Shown piece by piece: positions 38,449 to 52,199 of a stretch of 64,000 nt of DNA (positions are counted from its first letter, which is position 1; every line of letters starts with the position of its first letter). The stretch is from NCBI GenBank assembly GCA_951406725.2, contig OX597816.1, positions 128,774,001-128,838,000 on the forward strand. Direction: 5' to 3'. The stretch comes from Octopus vulgaris. Its lineage: Eukaryota. Below the pieces are notes generated by a model. The model was not told the DNA's origin. It ran no database searches and saw nothing but the letters and a program-made list of their open reading frames with translations. The position numbers and the translations under genes are program-made.

Positions 38449-39135
38449 CTCATCCTCATCGTTTAATGTCCTCCGTCCATGCTAGCATGATTGGATGGTT
38501 TGATAGTAGCTGGCCAGAGGCAGAAGCCTGTGCCATGCTTCTGCGTGTTTTGGCATAGTTTCTTTGTGGCTGGATGCCCTTCCTAATGCCAGCCACTCTG
38601 CAGAGTGGGCTGAGTGCTTTTTATGTAGTACTCGCAGAGGTGAGATCAGTTTTGGCATGGTTTTTACAGCTGGATGCCCTTCCAAATGCCCACCACTCTA
38701 CAGTGTGGACTAGATGCTTTTTAAGTGGTCCCTGCATTGGCAGGGTCACCAAATGATTTTTCAAGACAGAGTCTTCGAGAGAGGAGGGGGAATTGGAGGA
38801 GGTGATCTTGTTTCAGAGGATAAAATATTAGAGTGTGACAGAGAGGCAGAAACGGATGCCATACTGTAGAGGAGGTCCATGGTTACCCAGCCAGAGAAAA
38901 GGAGAGAGAGAGGAAGAGAAAGAGAGTGAAAGTTTACAAAAATGAGGGAAGATACGGTTACCTAGAGAGAGAGAGAGTGGAGGTTAACAAAAAAGAGGTG
39001 TGGTGTTGTAAATGAGATACATGGTTACCTAGCCAGAGGTAAGAGTAAGGGAAGGAAAGAAAGAGAGTGACCAAAAATGAGGGCATAACAGGTTTGTTGC
39101 TGTAGAGGAGATACATGATTACCCAGCCAGAGGGA
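38449..39135 (-). mobile_element. RTE-3'-related non-autonomous retroposon with a triplicated CATGGTTACCCAGCCAGAG motif
   Basis: CATCGTTTAATGTCC..CCATGCTAGCATG terminus, homologous to 8605-9030. The motif recurs near 38878, 39019 and 39114. Confidence 0.7.
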
Positions 39136-39620
39136 AGAACAAGGGAAAGAGAGAGAGAGAGAGAGTAAAATACAGAAAGAGCAGGAGAAGGACAGTATAC
39201 TTGCAAAGAATGGGGATCAGGGCATAGATGGGATGGTAGAGTAAAGAAGAGGGAGATGAATGGTGGCAGGTGCTGGTAGGGTATCGCCAAGGAGTTATGA
39301 GTCAGAAGTGGGGGTGTGAGGAATGCGGTGACTGGCAAGAATCTGGATATATAGAGGAGGTGGGGATGAGGGAAACAATGATATAGTGAGCAGGGTAGTG
39401 AGGACTGGATTGTGGGGTGGGAGATAATCATAGTGTATGAAGAGGAAATGTGTGGGAGATAATCATGGTGTATGAAGAGGAAATATGTGTGTGTATATAT
39501 AAATATGATATTCATTATATACACTGTCACTAATTTATACAGTCACAAGTAGTAGCAAAACTTAGTTCAATTACTAGAATCAGACTTATATGCAATGCAA
39601 CATGTAACAATCATGCAGAC

Positions 39621-39777
39621 ATTTCTCACTGACTGAAAAGGCAAAAATGAATAATGCCTTTATTTTTTGCTATGTTTAATGTATTCAAATCAGAACTCAA
39701 GGCACAGGTGTTTAATTACAGTGCACCTGACATAAACAACAAACTTAAGAGACACATGATTTTAGCCTGTTTAACAT
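39621..39777. repeat. 157-bp perfect inverted repeat, copy 2
   Basis: Exact reverse complement of 38100-38256. Confidence 0.95.
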
Positions 39778-40187
39778 GAAAGCTGAATTACACACACTGA
39801 ATCCAATGTATCAAATTAGCATTTTTATAATAAGTTGGAAATTTATATTCGTGTTTGTTCATTCAATCATTCATTTAACATCCATTTTTCCATATTAGTA
39901 TAGGCTGAATGAAAGCTTATTATTGAGGCATTATTTTACAGATGGATGCTCTTCCTGTCACTAGCCCTTACTTGTTTTTCAAGTAGGTATTTTTTATATT
40001 ACATTTATCTTCAAAAGCACAGAATTGTATGCACATGTAAACCAGTAAAGGAGCGGGGAAGGAAACTTATCACTGGAGGATCTTGCATTCTACACTTGAT
40101 ATAAAGTTAGTCCGAATACAAACTTGAACCATTTGAATTTTAAAGCATAATAAAATTCCCTTTATTATATTTTCTTCAAATTTCTAT

Positions 40188-40361
40188 AGGCATGGCTGTG
40201 TGGTAAGAAGCTAAAGGTGCAGGCACAACTGTATGTTAAGAAGCTTGCTTCCCAACCACATAATTCTGGGTTCAGTCCCACTGCATGTCACCTTGGGCAA
40301 GTGTCTTCTATTATAGCCTAGGCCTACCAAAGTCTTGTGAGTGGATTTGGTAGAGAAACTC

Positions 40362-40403
<42 letters not shown>

Positions 40404-40545
40404 CTAAATTAATAATTATATATATGTATGTATATAATTACTAATTTAATGTATAAATTACCTATAAATTTTTTTTGCATGCTGACTACCTGATAAAAAT
40501 CATTAATGTGATTTTGTCCTTATATTCTAGTATCTATATGTATAA

Positions 40546-40576
<31 letters not shown>

Positions 40577-40812
40577 TATATGAATGTATGTATTTCTCTA
40601 TGTGTGTGTATGTATTTGTGTTTGTTCCCTGTCATCACTTGACAACCAGTGTTATTGTGTTTACATTCCCATAACTTAGCGGCTTGGCAAAGAAGACTGA
40701 TAGAATAAGTACTAGGCTTTAAAAGGTCCTGGGGGTCAATTTATTCAGCAAAATCTCATTAAAGCAGTGCTCCAACATGGCCACAGTCAAATGACTGAAA
40801 CAAGTAAAAGAA
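40188..40812 (+). mobile_element. SINE family A with duplicated head and an expanded, interrupted internal microsatellite
   Basis: GGCATGGCTGTGTGGTAAGAAGC followed by a second head; CCTTGGGCAAGTGTCTTCTA; 3' end CAGTCAAATGACTGAAACAAGTAAAAG. Confidence 0.8.
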
Positions 40813-41193
40813 TAGCAATTTGAAGTGGAGAACTAGTCAAGGTGGTCCCCTTCAAACTATGGTAATAATGTGCTACAGAATGGAAAATTTTTATTACTAA
40901 CAAGCTGAGCTCATTTCCATTACTGAAAATGAAATGATGAAAAGCCATTATTTTTATTTTGCATACAATGTAAAAAAAGAATGGTTGTTTTATTTTTTTT
41001 CATTTGATTGAATGCAAAATCATTATTTGTGAGTTAATATGAAAAATATTACAAATATTTTGGTTTTTCTTTAAATCTTTTGCCTAATGATCAGCTTATT
41101 TCTCCAATTTATTACTTCACTGAAAATATCTTTGTCTTCATGTGAGTCAATTATAAACCCACATTATTAGATAATTGCTTCCTCCTCTATAAA

Positions 41194-41460
41194 TAAATGG
41201 CTGTCATTTTAAATTTCACTAAAATAACTGTCAGTGTACATTTTAGTAAAATTTCTGTCATTGAAGGTTTTACAAAGATGCTAATTCTAAATTTTATGAA
41301 GATAGCTGTCATTCAAGGTTTTAGTAAAATGGTTGTAACTTTGTGTTTTACTAACATTGTAGCTACTCAAAATTTTATTATGCTGGAAGAAATTCTGTAT
41401 TTTATTAGGATCATCCTTATTTTAAGTTTTACTAAGAAAAGGCTGTTTATATCAGCTTCG
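41194..41460 (+). repeat. Degenerate 27-bp tandem repeat (about 9-10 units) spanning an open 90-codon frame
   Basis: Units such as AAAATAACTGTCAGTGTACATTTTAGT, AAAATTTCTGTCATTGAAGGTTTTACA and AAGATAGCTGTCATTCAAGGTTTTAGT; one unit is 24 bp. Confidence 0.75.
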
Positions 41461-42129
41461 CAGCAGTAAGGATTGTTCTACGTTTTAATGAATTAGTTTT
41501 GGAGAACAGAGTTCTCCAAAATGCATAAAGTTAAAAGAAATATCAGCTCCAAGTTGAAAATATAATTTTTACATTTGGAAAGTTTTACAAGTTACACAGT
41601 TTTAATGATAAGACAATAAGAATATATGAAATATTTAGTGAAAGTTTATGAATTATATTTTATTTTCTTACTTACATACTAGAGAATACTGTTTTATAAT
41701 GACTTGAGATTGTGATTGGATTTCCTTAATGCAGTACACTTACTGCTAAAAATGTTTGGCTTAAATACATGTATGAGCTAATGAGGTGAGAGAAAACCTC
41801 TAAGTAGTTGTTCCCTTACTAGAAATAATAGCAAAAATTCTATATAAGATCAAACACACTATCTGAAAAATTCAAAGAACACATTGAATAATATCTCAAA
41901 ATTTGAATTTTGAAAACCATAAGGATTATAGAGATCTATAGATATTCAGATATTTTATAAAAGATAAGTTGGAGTTGAGTCTTACTAAAGGCAGTGGAAA
42001 TATCTAATTTTTTAAAGTAGTTAATACCATAATATTCAGTCATGATACCATATTGTTGAACTGAATTGATCTCATGACCTTTCACTCTTCTGCTATCCAC
42101 ATTCAAATCTATTTAAGAAATTTGTCAAT

Positions 42130-43173
42130 ATACAAAAGTGGGACTGACTATGAAGGAGTGATGCTAGAGCTGTGAAATCTTGCAGGCATTAATTTCAACT
42201 CTTCTTATTAACAACTTCATTGTTTCTTTCCAGGTAAACTGACATCTGATTGTTCAAAGAAGACTTCAAATGTAACTAATAGTGACTTTTGAAAATGGAC
42301 AAAATTTGGCATTGTAGCATTATCAAGTACCTGCAGAAAAAGGGTTTAGCCCCCTGGCAACATTATCCTGATATGCTTGCTACATTAGAGGATGATGCTC
42401 AACTTTTATCCACAGAACAAAAGTGGGCAGCTGAATTTAGGATGAGAACGGACAGTCTTGAAGATGACTCAAGACCTGGGTGTCCTGCAACTGCCAAGAC
42501 CAAGGAAAATATTGATTGTGTCTACCACATGTTGGTTGATGACAGGTGATTGATTATAAATCAAATATCTAATGATATTAGCATATCACATGAGAGTTGA
42601 GAATATTCTGCACAATGAACTTGGTATGATGAAGGTTTCTGCTCAGTCGGTGCTATGTCTTCTGACACCTTATCAAAAGTTCACCAGGCTGATCACATCA
42701 CAGGAAAATCTGACGTTGTGTGAGGCAAATCCTGCTGGTTTCATAGAGCATTTGCTAACCCAGAGTGAGTTTTGGATTCATCACTTTGAGTCAGAGACAA
42801 TCTATGCAGTGGAAGCACCCCTTCTCATCTGCTCTAAAGAAGTCCAAGTTTGTTTCATCTGCCAGGAAAGTGATGGCCTCAGTTTCTTTGGATGTAAAAA
42901 GCATAGTGTTCCTCAAAAGGGCTACACCATCAATGGAGAGTACTGTACAAGTATCACTGAGGAACCAGTATCACAGTGATGGTGACATCATGTCATCTGG
43001 TGATGGTTTTTTTTACCAACAGGATGAAAGCATCTTCATCAAACACTGCAACACTGATGGAAGACGTGTGTGTACCACAAGGATGGGAGGTGGGTATGTT
43101 GCAAAATATATCTCATTGTCACATTCCATGAGAGTATCTTGGTCAGCTTATGAACTTTTCAACCAATCCTCAT
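42130..43173 (+). mobile_element. Internally deleted mariner transposon
   Basis: MDKIWHCSIIKYLQKKGL..QKWAAEFR..SLEDDSRPG, ILHNELGMMKVSA, MQWKH..KVMASV, GYTINGEY. The HDNA-YSPDL segment is missing. Right TIR GTCAGCTTATGAACTTTTCAACCAATCCTCA-TA. Confidence 0.85.
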
Positions 43174-45407
43174 ATGTTGGAATTTCCTTATTTCCATTAT
43201 TCCATTATTTCTTGTTATTTACACAAAAAAAAATCAAAATTATAGAAAATTCAATTGATGATCGGTAACAATATCAGGTTATACCATAAAAGGTAAGCTT
43301 TCAATTTTATTGGAATTTTGAGTTCAAATGTGAACAGATGAGTCACCAGTATTTACAGTTAAAGTATAAATGTGTCAGTGTATAAAGTCAACACAGAATT
43401 GATAGTAATGATGATTCTAACAGCACAGCTCAGATTATAGATTGAAACTTTGTTTAAACTATTTCTTTCAAGATATTTCTCAAGCATATTCTTTGTAAGA
43501 GATTTTTTTTTTATTTCCTCTTTTTGTAATACCATAACATTTCTTTGACAAGTCATTTGTTTAACATTTGTTTGTTACTAGTTGCTGCTGTTGCTGTTGC
43601 ACTTCTTGTAGTTGTTGCTACTGTTACCTTTTTCCATTATTTATTTATTTGGTTATTGTAGAACCTACCGGGGTATATACTTTACCAATGATGATGTTGA
43701 ATTTATTGAGTGACTTTAGTGAATATATTCAATAGAGATGTGTTAGTGGCAGTATGAGGGATGCAAAATCAGTGATGAAAGCATAATGTAAAAAGTAAAA
43801 CATTCTTGCAGTAACAAATAAATAATAACCAATTCTTTCTGCCATAGGGAGTGGTTAGATGTGAGAACTGACAATACTGGAGATATTGATTTGTCTGCTA
43901 GAGAGTGGCTCTTGTGCAATAGTTTTCAGAGCTATTGTATGACGGGAAATATGAAAAATGTTTACACAAGACAAACTTTTATGTTTTTAAGCCATTTATT
44001 GAAATATTCAAATGATGGAAAGGAAAATCTATAAAATAAGCTTCTAGTGACTTGCATACATAATTTCTTTAAAATATAAATTTCATTAATGTACATTTCT
44101 AAAATTTATATATTTAAGCATATATATTTGATACAGAATTTGATTTATTGGTATTTATTCCATATGCTAAAGGATAACAAATTTACAACACTATCCATGT
44201 AGTATTCTTAGAAGACATTCTTCATTTATAGCAGTATTTAGTATGGTAGATTAGGTGAATGTTCAAAAGGTTATTCCCTTTATGCATATTTTTTCTTGCA
44301 ATATCTGCATGTTCTGCATGGGTCATCTTAACAAATTTACTACATTTTTTTGTTTAACTTTATATGACCTCTGGAATTATACACATACCATGTAATATTT
44401 TCCTCAAATTTTTCTTCTAAAGCATGTCCTTCAAACCTAAATTTACATATTAAAAACATATTTAATCATTCATAGAAGTACTTGCTTTATAGCATATGGG
44501 GGTTTTTTGTTGAACTTTATTACAGAAATGCATCAACAACCTCCAGCATCCAAAAGTGAGATTAAGCAGAATAGTAAAAGAAAGGAAGATAAACAACTTT
44601 GTATCTTCTCTGCAGATTCTTCATTTCATAATTTCATTTCTTAAGGGAAGTTTCCAGAAAAGTTTTTAAAGTAATATAAATTACAAAAGTGAAAACAAAC
44701 CAAAGTCAGTACAAAACTGCCATTAAAACCAAATACCAGAATTAACATTATGCCATTTGTATTTAGAGATCAACAAGCAGACTACTACCACTAAATGAAA
44801 GACTTGGTAATAGTCATAGTTACAATAAACTCATAAAAACAGAAAACATAAGATACTTTTAGCAATGGAAAGACATTATTTGCATAAATAGTAAAATGTT
44901 CCAGTCTGAAATATCAAAGTAATTTAAAGTAATGACTATGTAAAAGATGTGAGTTTACTAAAATGCAACTTAGACACAGATAAGCAAGAATAACAACAAA
45001 TGTGCTAATTCATGTTATGGCAATCATAAAAAGAAATCAGGCCTACTTACTGTTACTTCTCACTATACACGCTGTTATACAGCTAATACCATTCTACACT
45101 ATACACACTATACCATTCTACACTTTTCCTTAATCTTTCACATACAGCATTGGTCCACATGCAATCTGAACATCTTATGTCACACTTACAAGATACTTGA
45201 ACATATACCCTAAATTTCTTTTAATAACTGAAAACTCCAATCATTTTACATATCAAGGAAACAGCCTGACATTATAATCTCATCACACAGGAATCAAGAG
45301 CAACATACAACTAAAATACTCAAAGTTGTTACAAAAGCTAAACCTCAAAATTCCTGCCAACCTCACATAGCAGCCTTATATATATAACATGGCCAAAACT
45401 TGATTAA

Positions 45408-45627
45408 CCCTTTAGAATTTAAACCAATCATATCTGGCCAAAATATTCTGCTTGTTTTATGCTTAAATTGGACAGATCTGGCCTCTCACACCTACTCTAC
45501 AATGTCCTTCTAAAAATAAACAACCACGTCATCAAAACTTCAAAGCTATGAGATAATATATTATTAATTCAAAACAATGTGAATAAATATGCACTACATT
45601 TGACAGAGTAATCTGAATGCTAAAGGG
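45408..45627 (-). mobile_element. piggyBac-like MITE family 1
   Basis: TTAA at 45404-07 and 45628-31; termini CCCTTTAG.ATT / AATGCTAAAGGG. Confidence 0.85.
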
Positions 45628-48600
45628 TTAAATTTCCTCTTAAAGCACAAAAATACTTCAACCCTGATCTATTGTTGATCCTCTACAAAGTTCAAGTCCA
45701 ACCCACACTGTAGTACGATTCACATCCTTCTTTATCTTCAATTGATACTGTGAGTGCACCTGTTCCTCTAAATTAGTTATCTGCAAAACCATGGCCACCG
45801 AAGCTCACTTAATTGACTCTCCCTCATCTTATCTCATCATTTCTACTATGTCTTTATTCTTACTTTACTCTTTGCAATAAACATTTGTCTTATTAACCTC
45901 CTCTAAAACTGCAACCTTTTTGTATTCATTGCTTACCTACATTTCTCCTACAAATGCTGGAAATTCAATATAAATAACTTCAATCTAAACTGCGAATAAG
46001 AGTTTAAAAGGTCAGTACACTTATCCTTCATCATTTGATTAAATAATTTTAAAGACAGCAAATAGTTAAGAAAATTTCTTAGACTTTTCTGTAGATAACT
46101 TTACTGATATATACATTCTCCACAGTTCGTATTTTTGCTGTTTGTACCAGTAACAATGTATAGTTGGACAGTTGTAGTGGCTTATAGGAGGCAACCATCA
46201 GATTTTCAGCTTAATTGTCATAATTCTGTATCTTATCACAGGAATTATATTATAAATGGGACACCAGCCTCTTCCTTCCTTAGCTGGCAGAGTAACAGAG
46301 AAAGACAAATATAGAATGAAATGCTAGCCTATGTTGATGAGTATAATCTTTCCATATGGAAAACAGGATAGAAAAGATAAGCAACTCTCTTTTTTATTAG
46401 TGAATAATTTGTTTGTGAGGCATGAGAAACGATCTTGTTACACAATTCTCATAAAGCAGTTTAGAGATATAACTTTTGATAAAAAAAAATTATAATGATA
46501 TTTTTAAAATGTTATTGCAATGTTCGTTCATTTCCTATTTATAAAATATTCAGGTGTAATATTAATAAATCCTTACAAGAATATTAGGTTACTTTACCTC
46601 TAAGCAATTTTCTTACTTTGATATTTCAGGTCCAACTTATTCCAAATTACTAAATGCAAACATTCTGATTCTTCTCTTTCCATTGCCTAGAGTGAAATGA
46701 TTTTCATTATTCTTGTTATATTACTGATACAGGTCAAAGTAATTTTCTTATTGCATTATTCGTTTACTTTCCTCAACTCTTATTGCATTCATGTTACAGT
46801 TTCCTTGACTTCATACCAGTTGCTATGGTTTCTTTCAAACAAAATTATAAGTGTTTGGCATTGTGAGCAATATGAGAGAGGTCATCTACTGGAAAAGCAG
46901 GAGGTCAGCAAGAAATATTGCTTCCTGGCTTTCAAGAATCTCAGGCCACTTTTAAACCTATGCTTGTAATATTTTGTATTTCTATGTCCTGAAATAAAAA
47001 GGGAGATAAATACAGAAAGTGTAAAAGCAAGTGGCCACCAAATGATGAGAAAATATATAAATGTATGTGAGGTTTCAAATTGAAACAGCACTGACGTTTC
47101 AGTAGAGAACATGGAAGACGCCAGACATAAGCAATATACACTAGTGAGTAACAATCCGCATCATTAGTTTAGAATGTAAATGAAGATGTAATTATACTGC
47201 TATTAAAAGAAATAGAAAGACTGTTAAACACACCAGTTATCTTGGGCTTTTTTCATAAAGAGAGTTATTTTTAACTGCAGCAAATTTTAGAAACAATAGA
47301 AATTAATGCTGAAAGTTTTCTCTTCTCACAGACTGGATCAATGACAACTTGAAATTTAATCCTTCTATAATAGATATTGACTAAAGTCAAAGGTCTAAAA
47401 GTATAGTCTCAAATCAAGTCCTTTATTAACTTTATTATAATTTCAATAAAAAAATATGTTCCTTTTGGATTCTTCATTTCATTTCTTTCTTTTCTTCTTC
47501 TTTTTTTTCTATAAACTAAAAAAGAAACTGAAAATAATTTTCATGATTATAACGTAAAAATTGATTTATTCACATATTTTGAAAGCATTTTCAGAAATTG
47601 GCCAAGTCAAAAATGACTAGAATTTATTGTAAAAAGGAAGAAAAGATTGACTTTGATGGAAGTTTAAGTTTCAAAGAGAATAATTCGTTTTTATCAATGG
47701 GGATGAAAAGAAGAGAAGAATAAATATGCAAAGAAAAGAAAATCACAGGAAAAATACATATAAACAAACAAAAAAAGGCTACTTTTGCAATCTGGAAGAA
47801 TGCAGCTTATCAAACAGCATGACTTTATACAGAATAAAAGTTTCAATGCATACATGATGGTGATAAGAAAAGTAACAATACAATTGATGTTTCTTCAAGA
47901 CTACATGAAGATAAAAGCTTGCCAAGAACTGGAAAATATATCTAACAATGGATATTGCAAAAAAAGATCACCAATAATAGAAAAATCAATCAAATCTGTC
48001 CACAAAAATATGCCTGATAATCTCAGTAGATTTAATTTTTAAAAAAATACCATTCAGTGTTTATTGTATTCATTTTTTCTTTCTTTTCTATTTTTGTTTC
48101 TTCTATATGTCGGGGGAATAGCAGTATCTCCGCTTTGTGTAATAACTGAAAGACAAAAAGCAAAAACATCTCCAGAATATTTGAGAGTATTGCGAACTCA
48201 GGAAAACAAAGATGAAATGTGAAACAATAGCCACTGAAGAGTTGCTATGCCGGAGCAAAATATATCAATCTGATCCAAAAGTATTTTATGAAATCCTTTA
48301 AATAAGTAGTTACAAATATCTCAAGATTAAAGATTAATAAATAATCAGCAAATGCTTTTATAATTTGTAAAAATGGAACACAATATATCAATAAAATATA
48401 AATATATAGTTAATAACAAATAGATTACAAAGTATTCTGTACTTTAAAAGAGTCTACCTGTATAAAATTGTATTCAATAAAAATTCATATTTTTTATAAT
48501 TTTACTGATTTATTTAATAAATTCTGTATACAAGAAATTCATTCATTTAAAATTTCATAGAAATAGGTTTGTCTCTATCTTCAATGATGAGATATGGTAT

Positions 48601-49169
48601 AATAATAGAAGAAATTGAACAGTGATACATCGTTAAATACATAATTTAACAGGATCATGAAATTACAATGTGAAAGTAAGTTTGCCATTTGAAATGTATG
48701 AAGTGAAGCATATCTAGTTCAGCTTTCAGTTGTATTTCTTGATAAAATTGTTCTCCAATATTTCCTTGAACTACTTGATATGAGAATCACTGAAGATTAT
48801 TGAAAATTGGTTCTGTATCTCCTTTATGTCAATAAAAATCTGATCTATTTTCAGGGTGGAGGATCATTCTGTTTTTTAATTTCATCTTTTCTGAATGCCA
48901 CTCTAACTTAGCTAATGTCATCTTAAAAGCATTCAAATATTAATCCATTTTTACCCACTCAAAATTTTATCAAACGTCATCATTTTGTCTACAAAACAGT
49001 GCTACTATGCCGTATTAAAGTCATTGATATTCTTCAATGGAAAGATGGTTCTAAATTTTAGGTTTTCCTTTTACAAAAATCTAAAATACTAAATCTATCT
49101 TTAAATTTACCAAAGTCAAATATATATATTCATATACATACATACATACATACATACACACATACATAT

Positions 49170-49506
49170 ATCATCGTCATCATCATCATCATTATTTATG
49201 TCTGTTTTTCCATGCTTGTATAACTTGAATGGGGCCTCTCCAAAAGCATATTATCCTGCTATTTGCTGCCTTTTCTTCATCATCTGTTTCCTTTGTGAGG
49301 CTCAGCATCCTTAGATCAGTTTTTCCCATTTCTGCTTGTATATTTCTTAGTTTTCTTCTGCAATTTCCTCCCACTTGGATCTCTTGGCATTTCTTTCTCT
49401 ATCTGCCATAATCCAGATGTATTATATGTCTGTACCAATGCTTCTGCACACTACATCTACTTCCTTTTATTCCCAGTTTTTCTCTTAGTTCATCTTTAAC
49501 ATATCA
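49170..49506 (-). mobile_element. Degenerate RTE-type LINE 3' fragment
   Basis: (CAT)n tail plus GTCTGTTTTTCCATGCTTG. The remainder is weakly similar to the RTE C-terminus. Confidence 0.55.
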
Positions 49507-49519
49507 CCCATGCCCACTA

Positions 49520-49730
49520 ATACTGGTTTCAAATCTTGGCACAAAGCCAGCAATTTCATGGGAGGGGGCAAGTCAATTACCAGTGTTCAACTGGTACTTA
49601 TTTTATCAACTCTGAACGGATGAAAGGCAAAGACAACCTTGGCAGAATTTGAACTCAGAACATAAAGACAAACAAAATGCAGCTGAGCATTTTACCAGCA
49701 TACTAACGATTCTGCCAGCTTGCTGCCTTC
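49520..49730 (-). mobile_element. SINE family B with 13-bp TSD (one mismatch)
   Basis: TSD CCCATGC(C/T)CACTA at 49507-49519 and 49731-49743. Internal GGATGAAAGGCAAAG..GGCAGAATTTGAACTCAGAAC. Confidence 0.85.
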
Positions 49731-51075
49731 CCCATGCTCACTAGCGGCATGCTAAGCTCATTAATAAGTTATTGCCAATTCTTACTTTGCTGGCCATATC
49801 TATGTGCATTGTGTGGATCACACTTACAAGCCATTCACCTACATTTGGTTTTCCTAAAGACCATCAGGTTTTAAATAGCAACTGCCAAAAGCCTTCTCCA
49901 AATCAATCAAAAAATGTTTACTAAAAACTACTCTTGCAGTTGTTTCACTATACAGAAAAGAAAGCATCAGTAGTACCCTGACCTGGCACAAATCTGAACT
50001 ACATTGCATCTAAGTAGACACTCTTCTTAATCAATCAGAAGAGGCTTGTATTAGAATTCTCAGTGAAGTTTTTGTTTACTTGAGAGAATACTAGAATATT
50101 TTCAGATCATCTGCAATCTCCACAGCAGATATATTTAAATAAATAACAACAGATTTATCTACAATATACATGTTTTTTATACATATATATGTGTGTGCTT
50201 GTGTGTGTGTGAGTGAGTGTGTGTATGTATGTATGTATGTATGTATGTATGTATGTATGTATGTATGTATGTATGTATGTATGTATGTATGTATGTATGT
50301 ATGTATGTATGAATGTAGTGAACAATATGTGTACATGTGTATGCATCAATGTATGTAGGCACAGGGACGTGGAAATACCTGGGTTGGTGTCCAGGCACAT
50401 GGTTCGCCCACTGGGAGTGGAAACTCCCAACTATTATTGTCACAACATCTGTCTAGGTGAGGGAAACTCTGAGAGAAAACATGCAACACTGACAATATTC
50501 AGTGATGTAGACTAGTTCTTCTTTTCAAGTTTATGTTGTCCATGTTCAGCAAAGGCAAATCTTTAACCCTCTATAAAAAATCTTCATGCATAGGCACTGC
50601 TTGAAAAAAAAGTAAGACATATCACAAAAATGACTTGTCATAGCCTTTGCATGTGTGGGACTTTTCAATCAGATGATGGCAATACTCAAACATGAGTTTG
50701 CAGCCATCTTGTATGGATGTATTTGTAAATTGGTATGATACTACAGAGTTATATAGAAAATACACACTGATAATGGAAATCAATATGTACATATACACAT
50801 ACATATTGAGAGAGTGGCAGAGAGACAAAGTGTCAGGACAAGATCTATAACTGTTATAAGCCCACCTAAATTACGAGATGTATTAACACAGAAGTAATTT
50901 AAATAATTTGGGGTATAGAAAAACAGAAGTCTTTCACTATACTTTAGGTTTTAAAATGATGCTTTGTCCAGACATAAATATTGATAAATATGTGCTATGG
51001 AATGGTATTTACTATAGGCAATAACAACAATAATAGCAAATAAGTATTCAGTTGTTTACAGTATTTACTTTTTAA

Positions 51076-51297
51076 CCCTTTTGTTACCATATTTTTGTTG
51101 ACATGCTCTGTGTTTCTTTGAATTAATTATAAATATAACAAAGAATTTAGTAAAATAACTTAGTTATCATTAAGCTAGTGTTAAGAACATAAATTGTGAT
51201 TAAGGTTTGGTGAAAGATTTTAATTCAGAACTTTTGAAAACGAGACATTTGTACTACAGAGCCAGAGGTGGTTTCAGATGAGTTGGTACCAAAAGGG
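51076..51297 (+). mobile_element. piggyBac-like MITE family 2
   Basis: TTAA at 51072-75 and 51298-301; TIR CCCTTTTGTTACCA / TGGTACCAAAAGGG. Confidence 0.9.
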
Positions 51298-51300
51298 TTA

Positions 51301-51515
51301 AGGTGGCAAGCTGGCTGAACTGTTAGCCTGCTGGGCTAAATACTTAGCAGCATTTCGTCTATTTTTACGTTCTTGGTTCAAATTCCACTAAGGCCTATTT
51401 TACCTTTCATCCTTTTGGGGCTGATAATAGAAGTATCAGTTAAACACTGGGGTAGTTGTAATCGACTTACCCACTCCCCTGAAATTGTTGACCTTGTGCC
51501 AAAATTCCAAATCAT
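51301..51515 (+). mobile_element. SINE family B
   Basis: AGGTGGCAAGCTGGC..GTTAGC..GGTTCAAATTCC..CCTTTCATCCTTTTGGGG..CCTTGTGCCAAAATT. Confidence 0.8.
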
Positions 51516-52199
51516 TATTTAAAACTTTTAGTAGAATGCCATGTTTATGAACAGATTCTTGAAAGTATTTATCATAAAGCATGAGTCCACTGTCAAATTT
51601 CATTAACTTTTAAGATGCAAGCATTCTCTATTTAGTATGCCAATCTAAAAAGGCAAGAAAGCTGTTGTGATTCTCTACATGGTAAATATCCTGGAAGTTA
51701 TACATAATATATCATACATCAAAGAGGAATAAATATTTAAAAAATGACTAGTCACAGAACAGAAACTTTCAATACACATGAGTTGAAGACAAACACATCA
51801 AGAATGGTTTGCAGTATGTGCAACATTAACATGCATTTGAGCAGAATACAAAATATTTAAGCACAATAGGCATTAACTGATGTATGCAAGAAGGACAACT
51901 GATGTATATAAATGGTTGACGACTACTGGATGAAAAACTGTCTTCTCCTGATAGTGGGAAATGCTGTGACAGAAATAAGATCAAAGAATGTACGAAAAGG
52001 AGTGGAGTGATGAGATATGGGAAAGATGAGCCCCCATTTTCAATTTATATTGTTAATGTTGATGATGGTGACGATGATGATGACGATGATATAATGATGA
52101 TGATACAATGATGATGATATGATGACGATATATATGAAAGTGCATGTGTAACTATGTATGTGTCTTTGTATATATATTGTATATATATATATATATATA

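Noticed and set aside
38100-39777. Reading the 157-bp inverted pair as TIRs of a 1.7-kb DNA transposon
   Set aside because: There is no target-site duplication, and the interior is old unrelated repeats while the arms are identical. A genome search is needed to exclude this fully.
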